Positions 49,359-57,595 of a stretch of 64,000 bases of DNA are shown one piece after another. Made by a program: the position numbers and the translations under genes. Positions within the stretch are counted from its first letter, which is position 1. The number at the start of each line of letters is the position of its first letter. The notes below the pieces were generated by a model. That model was not told where the DNA came from. It made no database searches and saw only the letters and a list, made by a program, of their open reading frames with translations. Location of the stretch: assembly GCA_052325425.1 (NCBI GenBank), contig JBKQUY010000025.1, positions 1,321-65,320 on the forward strand, in the 5' to 3' direction. Origin of the DNA: Bacteroidia bacterium. GTDB lineage: Bacteria > Bacteroidota > Bacteroidia > JABEUT01.

Positions 49359-49643
49359 TTAACGATTTTCGATATTAGAAGTGAGATACAATAATTTGTA
49401 TTCTTTTATTAAATCAAGTTTTTCTTTTCTTGAATATTGTTTTAATTCATATTCATGCTTGCAGGCTTCCGACCTTGAATCAAACGAGCGTGTATAAAGA
49501 ACTTTTACCGGCGCTCTGCCTTTAGTGTACTTCGCTCCTTTGCCGGTATTATGTTTAGTTATTCTTTCTTCTATATTATTGGTGGTACCAACATAAAATG
49601 TTTTATCTGAACATTCTATAATATATGTGTACCAGACTTGCAC
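49359..49643 (-). CDS. GIY-YIG nuclease family protein (94 aa, stand-alone)
   Basis: YTYIIECSDKTFYVGTTNNIEERITKHNTGKGAKYT. Confidence 0.8.
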   Translation of the reverse strand: MQVWYTYIIECSDKTFYVGTTNNIEERITKHNTGKGAKYTKGRAPVKVLYTRSFDSRSEACKHEYELKQYSRKEKLDLIKEYKLLYLTSNIENR

Positions 49644-49652
49644 CAGCTATAA

Positions 49653-49892
49653 TCAGTGTATAGTGGCTGTTTTAGGAAGAATGCCTCTCTCTGTCAGGCT
49701 TTCCCATGCTACAATATCAAATAACCTGTTACGGGCTTTATCGTAAATAACATCAATTTTAAGGTCATTAAGTTTGTAGAAAAAACCTTTCTGCAAAGCA
49801 TGGTCCTGGAAAATATCAATAAGTTTTCCCTCGCCAAATACGAGTTTGCTCCTTTTATCGAGCGGTAATGCGTTGAATTCTTTTGTAAGCAT
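49653..49892 (-). CDS. hypothetical protein (79 aa) adjacent to GIY-YIG gene
   Basis: ORF only. No motif recognised. Confidence 0.35.
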   Translation of the reverse strand: MLTKEFNALPLDKRSKLVFGEGKLIDIFQDHALQKGFFYKLNDLKIDVIYDKARNRLFDIVAWESLTERGILPKTATIH

Positions 49893-49977
49893 GTGTAGTT
49901 AAATGTAATATTTCAAAGGTATTCTTTTTAAAGTATGATTCGACATTAATTTGATTTTTATTTTATCTTTACTCGCA

Positions 49978-52116
49978 ATGAAGCGAATTTGCAGAGTCAT
50001 ATTAATTTTTTTCTTTTTTTCTTTGAATAATTTTGCGCAGAAACACGCTATTGATTCCCTGCAAAATATTTTAAGAACTGAGAAAGAGGACACCAGTAAA
50101 GTAAATACGTTGAATACGCTGGCTGACAGGCTGCAAAGAAAGGGTAACTATGACAGTTCTATAGCTTGTGCTTACAGTGCAGAGGTTCTGGCTGAAAAAC
50201 TGGGCTTTAATAAAGGTTTAGCGAATGCTTTATTAGGTTCGGGAATTGCAAACTGGCGCAAAGGAAATTATTCCAAAGCAATGGAATATGACATTAAGGC
50301 TTTGGCAATAAACAAGGAAATTGGTAATAAAAATGGCATGGCGGCCAATTTAGCCAATCTTGCCAGTGTTTGCCGTAACCAGGGCAATTTCCCAAAAGCG
50401 CTGGAATACGATTTCAAGGCATTGGATATAAACCAGGAAACCGGAAATGAGAATGGCATTGCGATGATATTGGGGAATATTGGAAATATTTACGGAGGCC
50501 AGGGCAATTTCCCAAAAGCGCTTGAATATTTTCAGAAAGCATTGGTTATAAACCAGGGATTAGGGAATAAAGTTTTTATTGCCCTCAATTTTGGCAATAT
50601 TGGAAATGTATATGAGGAACAGGGCAATTACCCTATGGCGCTCGAATATGATGCTAAAGCTTTGGCTATTGAACAGGAAATGGGAGACAATTCGGGCATT
50701 GCGAGGAACCTTAGCAATATGGGCGTAATTTATTATGACGAAGGTAATTATTCAATGGCGCAGGAATATTATTTTAAAGCGCTGGCAATTGAAAAGGGAA
50801 TAGGAAATAAGGATGGCGTTGCCCTTAACCTGGGTAACATTGGTATTATTTATACCAAACAGAAAAGATATAAGCAGGCCATCGCTTACCTTGATTCATC
50901 TCTCCGGTTTTCTGAAGGCACAGGAGATAAGGATGTAATAAAGAGCGCTTACAAAGGCTTGGCTGAATTAGACAGTGCTACAGGTAATTTTAAAACTGCG
51001 TATGATGATTATAAAAAGTTTATCGCTTACCGCGACAGTTTAATTAATGAAGCGAATACCAAAAGAACTGTCCAGGCAGAGATGAATTACGAATTTGAAC
51101 AAAAACAGGCCGTTGAGAAAGCAGAACAAGATAAAAAAGATGCCATAGCTGAGGCAGAAAAGCGAAAACAGAAAATTATTATCTGGTCAGTAGTAAGCGG
51201 GTTGCTGTTGGTTGTTGTTTTCGCGGGGTTTATTTACCGTTCTTTACGCATAACCCGTAAACAAAAGAACTTGATTGAAAGGCAGCGGGAGAAAGTTGAA
51301 ACCCAGAAAACACTTATCGAACAGCAAAAGGCATTAGTAGAAGAAAAGAATAAAAATATCCTGGACTCGATTAATTACGCTAAAAGCCTGCAGGATGCCA
51401 TATTACCACCAATAAGCCTTATTACAAAATATCTTCCTGAATCCTTTGTGCTATATAAGCCTAAAGACATAGTGGCAGGTGATTTCTATTGGATGGAACG
51501 GGTAGAGACGCCATGCATGGCGTCTCTGCTGATTGCTGCGGCAGATTGCACAGGGCATGGTGTACCCGGGGCCCTTGTGAGTGTGGTATGTTCCAATGCC
51601 CTTAACAGAACTGTAAAGGAGTTTAAGATTACCGAACCGGGAAAAATATTGGATAAAGTAAGGGAACTTGTCCTTGAAACATTTGAAAAAAGCGAAAATA
51701 ATGTACAGGATGGAATGGATATTTCCTTAGCCTCCCTTAGTCTCTCCGAGGGAGGGATACAAATACAATGGAGCGGAGCATACAATCCTTTGTTGTATGT
51801 GCATAATAATGAAATTAAAGAGATAGCGCCTGATAAGCAGCCTATTGGCAAAACAGACAATCCTAAACCGTTTATTACAAATTTGTTACATGTAAATAAA
51901 GGCGATACATTGTATTTATTTACTGATGGCTATGCTGACCAGTTCGGAGGCCCGAAAGGAAAGAAGTTTAATTACAAACAGCTCCAGGAAAAGTTATTAT
52001 CTATAAGCCATCAGCCTTTAGCAGAACAAAAACAGGCACTTGAAAAAGCGTTTGAAAAATGGAAAGGCGAATTGGAGCAGGTGGACGATGTATTAATTAT
52101 TGGCATAAGAGTTTAG
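49978..52116 (+). CDS. TPR-repeat, single-pass membrane sensor with C-terminal PP2C/SpoIIE-family serine phosphatase domain (carries the 24-bp palindromic insertion)
   Basis: Signal peptide (MKRICRVILIFFFFSLNNFAQ). About 9 TPR units (GN.......Y..KAL.I). TM helix IIIWSVVSGLLLVVVFAGFIY. Coiled-coil. PP2C-like ...GDFYW....DCTGHGVPGAL...TDGYADQ. Confidence 0.8.
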   Translation: MKRICRVILIFFFFSLNNFAQKHAIDSLQNILRTEKEDTSKVNTLNTLADRLQRKGNYDSSIACAYSAEVLAEKLGFNKGLANALLGSGIANWRKGNYSKAMEYDIKALAINKEIGNKNGMAANLANLASVCRNQGNFPKALEYDFKALDINQETGNENGIAMILGNIGNIYGGQGNFPKALEYFQKALVINQGLGNKVFIALNFGNIGNVYEEQGNYPMALEYDAKALAIEQEMGDNSGIARNLSNMGVIYYDEGNYSMAQEYYFKALAIEKGIGNKDGVALNLGNIGIIYTKQKRYKQAIAYLDSSLRFSEGTGDKDVIKSAYKGLAELDSATGNFKTAYDDYKKFIAYRDSLINEANTKRTVQAEMNYEFEQKQAVEKAEQDKKDAIAEAEKRKQKIIIWSVVSGLLLVVVFAGFIYRSLRITRKQKNLIERQREKVETQKTLIEQQKALVEEKNKNILDSINYAKSLQDAILPPISLITKYLPESFVLYKPKDIVAGDFYWMERVETPCMASLLIAAADCTGHGVPGALVSVVCSNALNRTVKEFKITEPGKILDKVRELVLETFEKSENNVQDGMDISLASLSLSEGGIQIQWSGAYNPLLYVHNNEIKEIAPDKQPIGKTDNPKPFITNLLHVNKGDTLYLFTDGYADQFGGPKGKKFNYKQLQEKLLSISHQPLAEQKQALEKAFEKWKGELEQVDDVLIIGIRV

Positions 52117-52278
52117 TTTTACCCAGGGAAAAGAATAAAAAGTCTGCTATTTATACCCTTATTTTTATTATAGTTAATAAAAAATCATATCAATTATTAG
52201 GAATTAATCTTTTTTATATGTAAATTTGTCTTATGAAAATCGAGGTTTGTATTAAATAATTTTTAATTAATAAACTTA

Positions 52279-52662
52279 ATGGAAGCAAACATTACTGAAA
52301 GTACCTTAAAAACTCCCTTTATTAAATTTGACCCGACTGCCGGCAAGCTTGAAATTAAGGGGAGGTCAATTTCCGAAAACTCCCTGGAGTTTTTCAGTAA
52401 CCTGATAGACAACCTTAATAAATATGCTGTTTCTCCTACAGCTCCTACCCAGGTTGATATTCAACTGGAATACATCAATACCGCTTCTTCCAGGTGCATA
52501 CTTGAGATATTCAGATGCTTAGAGAATATTCATAAGAAAAATGGCAACGTAAATATTAATTGGCATTACGAAGAAGACGATGAAAATATGTGCGAAGTAG
52601 GCGAAGGCTACAAGGCAATTATAAATGTGCCTTTTAATATTACCTGCCTGGGGTTAAATTAA
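52279..52662 (+). CDS. SiaC-family regulatory phosphoprotein (DUF1987), predicted partner-switch substrate of the upstream PP2C
   Basis: 127 aa. Conserved TP.I.FD...G.L...G.S.ENS.EFF, LEYINTASS and NWHYEEDDENM motifs align with Pseudomonas SiaC (…LRLLYLNTSS…RWHYDRRNE…). Confidence 0.65.
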   Translation: MEANITESTLKTPFIKFDPTAGKLEIKGRSISENSLEFFSNLIDNLNKYAVSPTAPTQVDIQLEYINTASSRCILEIFRCLENIHKKNGNVNINWHYEEDDENMCEVGEGYKAIINVPFNITCLGLN

Positions 52663-52774
52663 TTCACTCTTACTTTTTAGTTAGGGATAAGGAGTAAGGG
52701 ATATGGGGTAAGGAATAAGTATTGATAAGGATTTTAGCAAAAACATTGATAACATTGATAATCAGTTATTTAAC

Positions 52775-52874
52775 TTGGGGTTACACTTTTTGACCCCTGT
52801 AAACAGTTAATGCGTTAAAAATCAATATATTAACTAAAAAAACACCTCAAAAAGTGTAACCTTGTGTAACCCCA
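52775..52874. repeat. ~100-bp inverted-repeat-bounded element, copy B (MITE-like)
   Basis: ttggggttacactttttgacccctgtaaaca...cctcaaaaagtgtaaccttgtgtaaccccaa. Same termini and architecture as 36969..37067. Confidence 0.6.
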
Positions 52875-52887
52875 ACTGAACCACTGA

Positions 52888-54399
52888 TTACTGCCTGCCA
52901 ATCTCTTTAAATGCTTTCCCAAGACAGTCAGTTATATCTTCGGCAATTAGTGAGTTTTCGCCAAATTCATCTGCGGCAATATCTCCTGCAAGCCCATGCA
53001 GGTAAACTCCCAATATGGCTGCCTGTTTTGGAGTATAGCCCTGGGCCATTAAACCGGTAATTATTCCGGTAAGGGTATCGCCACTGCCACCTGTGGCCAT
53101 GCCTGGATTACCTGTAGAATTAAAGTAAACCTCGCCATCAGGAGTTGCAATGGCAGAATGAGCGCCTTTTAATACAAGGTACACGCCATATTTTATGGCA
53201 AATTCACATTGCAGAATATACGCATCATAGCCTGAAGTGGTTTTACCCGCAAGCCTTGCAAATTCGCCGGGGTGAGGAGTAAAGATGCACCCTTTGGGCA
53301 AAAAAGAAAGCCATGTTTTATTTTCCGCAAGTATATTAAGGGCATCGGCATCAAGCACCATGGGTACTTTCGACTGAATCAATAACTTTATCACTTGCGC
53401 GGTAGCTTTCGAAGTTCCAATACCCGGGCCCGCGCCAATAACATTAAACTTAGCCAGGTCTTTAATGCCAGATATTTCCTTCTCTTCTTCATCAACCATA
53501 ACCATTGCCTCCGGCACAGCGGTCTGCAAAATTTCATAGCCGCATTGCGGAATATGGACAGTAAGCAAACCTACTCCTGAACGCAGGCAGGCTTTGGCAG
53601 CAAGTACACAAGCCCCCATTTTTCCGTGTGACCCTGCGGCCAAAAGCGCATGGCCATAATTTCCCTTATGCGAATATTTTTGCCTCGGCCTGAGCATGGG
53701 TGTTATCATTTCCCTTGTTACAAAATAATTGGAGGACTTTTGCGAAGCGATAAATTCTTTATCAATACCTATGTGCAGTATATAAAAATCGCCCACATGC
53801 TGCACATTTTCGGCGAAGAGAAATGAAAGTTTAGGCGATTCAAAAGTCAGCGTGGCATTGGCATTAATGATATTTTTCCTGTCGGCTTTCGAATTATCCT
53901 CCATCATTAATCCTGAAGGCACATCAATAGCCACAACAGGACAATGGATTGAATTTATCTTTTGGATAACCGTAGCCAGTTTCCCTTCTACCGGCCTTGA
54001 TAGACCTGAACCTAAGATAGCATCAATAATCAGTGCAGGTTTATTATCAACTACAATATCTTCATCACTGGTCAATTCTTTTACTTTTATCCCGCTGATT
54101 TCATCAAGCCTCTCTTTATTGGCAAGAAACTCATCTGAAGCTTTTGAAAAATATGGAACAATATAAATCTCGGCATTATATCCTTTATTATACAAAAGCC
54201 TGCCAATGGCAAGCCCGTCGCCGCCATTATTGCCCATTCCGCAGACAATAATAAAACGCGTTTGTTTTGAAAAATGCCCTATAATCCAGTTAAAACAAGC
54301 AGTAGCGGCTCTTTCCATTAAATCTATGGATGAAACAGGTTCGTGAACTATAGTATAGGCATCGGCGGCATGTGTTTGTTCGGCGTTAAGAATCTTCAT
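52888..54399 (-). CDS. nnr: bifunctional NAD(P)H-hydrate repair enzyme Nnr (YjeF-N epimerase + YjeF-C dehydratase)
   Basis: 503 aa. N-terminal YjeF-N. C-terminal carbohydrate-kinase-like GGSGDTLTGIITGL. Confidence 0.85.
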   Translation of the reverse strand: MKILNAEQTHAADAYTIVHEPVSSIDLMERAATACFNWIIGHFSKQTRFIIVCGMGNNGGDGLAIGRLLYNKGYNAEIYIVPYFSKASDEFLANKERLDEISGIKVKELTSDEDIVVDNKPALIIDAILGSGLSRPVEGKLATVIQKINSIHCPVVAIDVPSGLMMEDNSKADRKNIINANATLTFESPKLSFLFAENVQHVGDFYILHIGIDKEFIASQKSSNYFVTREMITPMLRPRQKYSHKGNYGHALLAAGSHGKMGACVLAAKACLRSGVGLLTVHIPQCGYEILQTAVPEAMVMVDEEEKEISGIKDLAKFNVIGAGPGIGTSKATAQVIKLLIQSKVPMVLDADALNILAENKTWLSFLPKGCIFTPHPGEFARLAGKTTSGYDAYILQCEFAIKYGVYLVLKGAHSAIATPDGEVYFNSTGNPGMATGGSGDTLTGIITGLMAQGYTPKQAAILGVYLHGLAGDIAADEFGENSLIAEDITDCLGKAFKEIGRQ

Positions 54400-54614
54400 A
54401 TATACCTTGATTTGGGAGTATAAAAATACACATTATGCTTATATGTAAAGGCTATTTAAACGTGCGCCTGCTAAATTGATAAAGGAATTTACTAATCAAT
54501 TGTTAATGATTTATTTAATATCTTTTTGAATCAACATTATTTATTTATCTGTCAGGTAAATAAAATTTAATTAATATTGCACGCAGTTTATAACAATAAT
54601 TCCGAAAATAATCC

Positions 54615-56342
54615 ATGAGAAAACAACAATTCCAGGTTTTATCTGCATTGTGCATAGCAGGTATAGGTATTGCCGGTTGTAATGGCCTCTCTAAAATGAT
54701 TAAAGACGCCAGTAAAATCAGCTATACAGTAAATCCAAACCCTTTACAAGATAACGGCGACAGCGTGGCAATAAATATTGCTGTAAAATACCCTGCTGAA
54801 TATTTCAATAAAAAAGCTGTGGTAACCGTTACCCCTACCCTTAAAATGGCAGGCGGTAAAGAACAGGCTCTCGACCCGGTTACCCTGGTTGGAGAAGCTG
54901 CGACAGGTACAGGCACAAAAATCAATTTTAAAGAAGGTGGAAGCCTTAATTATAATAAGAAGATTGCTTTTACACCAGATATGAAAATGGACTCATTGGT
55001 TATTAAGGCAACTCTTACCAATAACAATAAGGATTTTCCCGCTATGAAAGTTGCTAATGGAACCATAGCAACCGCTTTATTAATCCAAAACGATGATAAA
55101 CTTGTAATGGCAAAGGATAATTTCCAGAAGACTATTCCTGAAATGGATACTACCCATATTTATTATCTTATCAGCCAATCGGGTGTTCGCCCAACTGAGA
55201 TGAGCAGCAAAGAGATGAAAGAATTCAAAGAATTTGTTGAAAAGGCAGTAATGGAAGGATGGAAATTTGATGGTATTAACGTTTCTGCTTACGCATCGCC
55301 GGATGGAGAAACTGATATGAACCAGCACTTAGCTGATGACCGGGCCAAAACTGCCATTGCTGCTATGAAAAGCATGTTCAAAGAAATGGAAAGCAAAAAA
55401 CTGGATACCAAATTCGGCGCAGAAGAAAGTTTTTATAAAACCGGTACAACAGGAATGGACTGGGATGGCTTTAGAAATGCTGTTCAGGCTTCTGATATAA
55501 AAGACAAAGACCTTATTATTCGCGTTCTTTCTATGTACACAGACCACGACCAAAGAATGAAAGAAATAAAAAACATGTCGAAAACTTATGTAGAATTGGC
55601 TGACCATATCCTTCCCAGGCTGAGAAGGGCTATCATTCAACTGAATGCTGAAAAGATGAGCCGTACCGATGCTCAGATCAGCCAACTCGCAACCTCGCAT
55701 CCTGACAGCCTTTCGGTTGAAGAACTGCTTTATGCGGCTACGCTTACTACCGACATGAATCAAAAGCTAAGCATATATATGGCAGCCGAAAAGCAATATC
55801 CTAATGACTGGAGATGCTCCAACAACGTTGGCTATATAGAAATGATGCAAAACAAACTGTCTGATGCTGCTGGTGAATTCCAGAAAGCTGCCGGTCTTGC
55901 CCCCAATAATACATCGGTAATAAACAATATGGGTGTTGTTGCACGCTGGAAAGGCGACCGCAAAACGGCTATGGATGACTTCAAAAAATCTGGCACTCCT
56001 GAAGCAACATATAATATGGGCTTGGTTGATATTCAAACCGGTAATTATGCAGACGCTGCAACCAATGTAGGCAGCAATAATACTTTCAACGCCGCACTTG
56101 CAAAACTGTTAAATAACGACATTCCCAACGCCAAAGCAGCCCTTGATGGCTCTAATCTTGATAATGCGTGGGTATCATATCTCAGGGCAGTAATAGCCGC
56201 GCGAGCCGGAGATAAAAATGACCTTGTCAACCAATTGAAAGCAGCTATTAACAAAGATGCGACATTGAAAACACAGGCTCAATCAGACTGCGAATTCCTC
56301 AAATTCGTAAACGATCCTGATTTTAAAGCCGCTATCCAGTAA
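54615..56342 (+). CDS. hypothetical lipoprotein with C-terminal TPR-like repeats
   Basis: Lipobox (IAGCNG). 575 aa. Confidence 0.5.
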   Translation: MRKQQFQVLSALCIAGIGIAGCNGLSKMIKDASKISYTVNPNPLQDNGDSVAINIAVKYPAEYFNKKAVVTVTPTLKMAGGKEQALDPVTLVGEAATGTGTKINFKEGGSLNYNKKIAFTPDMKMDSLVIKATLTNNNKDFPAMKVANGTIATALLIQNDDKLVMAKDNFQKTIPEMDTTHIYYLISQSGVRPTEMSSKEMKEFKEFVEKAVMEGWKFDGINVSAYASPDGETDMNQHLADDRAKTAIAAMKSMFKEMESKKLDTKFGAEESFYKTGTTGMDWDGFRNAVQASDIKDKDLIIRVLSMYTDHDQRMKEIKNMSKTYVELADHILPRLRRAIIQLNAEKMSRTDAQISQLATSHPDSLSVEELLYAATLTTDMNQKLSIYMAAEKQYPNDWRCSNNVGYIEMMQNKLSDAAGEFQKAAGLAPNNTSVINNMGVVARWKGDRKTAMDDFKKSGTPEATYNMGLVDIQTGNYADAATNVGSNNTFNAALAKLLNNDIPNAKAALDGSNLDNAWVSYLRAVIAARAGDKNDLVNQLKAAINKDATLKTQAQSDCEFLKFVNDPDFKAAIQ

Positions 56343-56363
56343 ATTTCTATAAATGCACATATA

Positions 56364-56396
56364 AAAGCCCCTGACGATACTGTCAGGGGCTTTTAT
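56364..56396. terminator. bidirectional rho-independent terminator
   Basis: aaaaGCCCCTGACgatactGTCAGGGGCtttta between convergent genes. Same CTGAC/GTCAG stem family as the groEL terminator. Confidence 0.8.
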
Positions 56397-56409
56397 ATTT
56401 AGGATAGGG

Positions 56410-57543
56410 TTAAAGTTGTTTCAGCACCATGTTTGCGGCTTCCTGCCCGACAAGCGTACCAATTGCAACACCCATTCCGCCAAGCCTTACGGCACAATGT
56501 AATCTTGGAGATATGCTTTTAATAATAGGTGATTTATCTCCGTCTCCAATACCCATAATGCCGCTCCACCTGCGTTCTATTTCATATGTTTGGCCGGGAA
56601 GTATTCTTTCCTTAAGCATGGCTTCAAGAGCAGATTGTATTTTTCCCGTTGTTGCGAGTTCAGTTGTGGTTTCTCCTTCAAAATCGAGATTCCGTCCTCC
56701 GCCAAATAATAATCTTTGCCCGACATTTCTGAAATAATAATAACCTTTATCATAATGAAAAGCCCCTTTTACCTTCAGGCCATCAATAGGGGTTGTAATC
56801 AGCACCTGGGCGCGGGCAGGCTTAACGGGAATATCTTTTACCAATAGAGAAGTGTAGGCATTGGTTGCCAACAACAAATGCTTTACTTTGAAATTTTGCC
56901 AGTCAGTGGTTAAAAACATTCCATTTTCTTCCTCTTTATAATCTTTAACCTCAATACCGTTCATAAGTATTACTCCAATTTCTGAGGCTTTCGAAATCAA
57001 GGCTCGAATCATTTTCCCTGTATTTATCTGTCCTTCGCACCTGTTTTCAATCAAATGCGAAAAACCTTTAAAGCCAAAAGAATTTATTTTCCCGTCATTA
57101 ACCAGGTAAGTCATTTTTTCACCGGTAATATGGCTGATTTCTTTATTAAATCCTGCAATCATCCCTTCACTCTCTTCAAATGACGCTGCATTATCAAATA
57201 ATTCATAGCCTCCCAAAGCCTCATATTCCATAACCTTGTCGCCAATAAGGTCCCTGAGGGCCAATAAACCTTTCCATCGCCTTTCAACCAATTGAAAAAC
57301 ATGTTCGGCAGAACGGGTCTTAAGGTCATCAATTAATTCAGTAGGAGAGCCAAAACAAGCAAAACCGGCATTTCTAAGGCTTGCTCCCATTAAAACTACC
57401 CCTTTTTCCAGAACCAGAACTTTCAATGTGGGGTTACTCTTTTTGGCTGCAATTGCAGCATTTAATCCGACAATTCCACCTCCAATAATTGCTATGTCAA
57501 TAGAATTAAAATAAGAATCGTATTCCCAATGACTATAATTCAT
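56410..57543 (-). CDS. FAD-dependent oxidoreductase (DAO family)
   Basis: N-terminal DIAIIGGGIVGLNAA dinucleotide-binding motif. Confidence 0.75.
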   Translation of the reverse strand: MNYSHWEYDSYFNSIDIAIIGGGIVGLNAAIAAKKSNPTLKVLVLEKGVVLMGASLRNAGFACFGSPTELIDDLKTRSAEHVFQLVERRWKGLLALRDLIGDKVMEYEALGGYELFDNAASFEESEGMIAGFNKEISHITGEKMTYLVNDGKINSFGFKGFSHLIENRCEGQINTGKMIRALISKASEIGVILMNGIEVKDYKEEENGMFLTTDWQNFKVKHLLLATNAYTSLLVKDIPVKPARAQVLITTPIDGLKVKGAFHYDKGYYYFRNVGQRLLFGGGRNLDFEGETTTELATTGKIQSALEAMLKERILPGQTYEIERRWSGIMGIGDGDKSPIIKSISPRLHCAVRLGGMGVAIGTLVGQEAANMVLKQL

Positions 57544-57595
57544 ATTTTTGTAGGTTACATATAGTATGTTATTTTGTGTAAAAGTACGTTGAATT

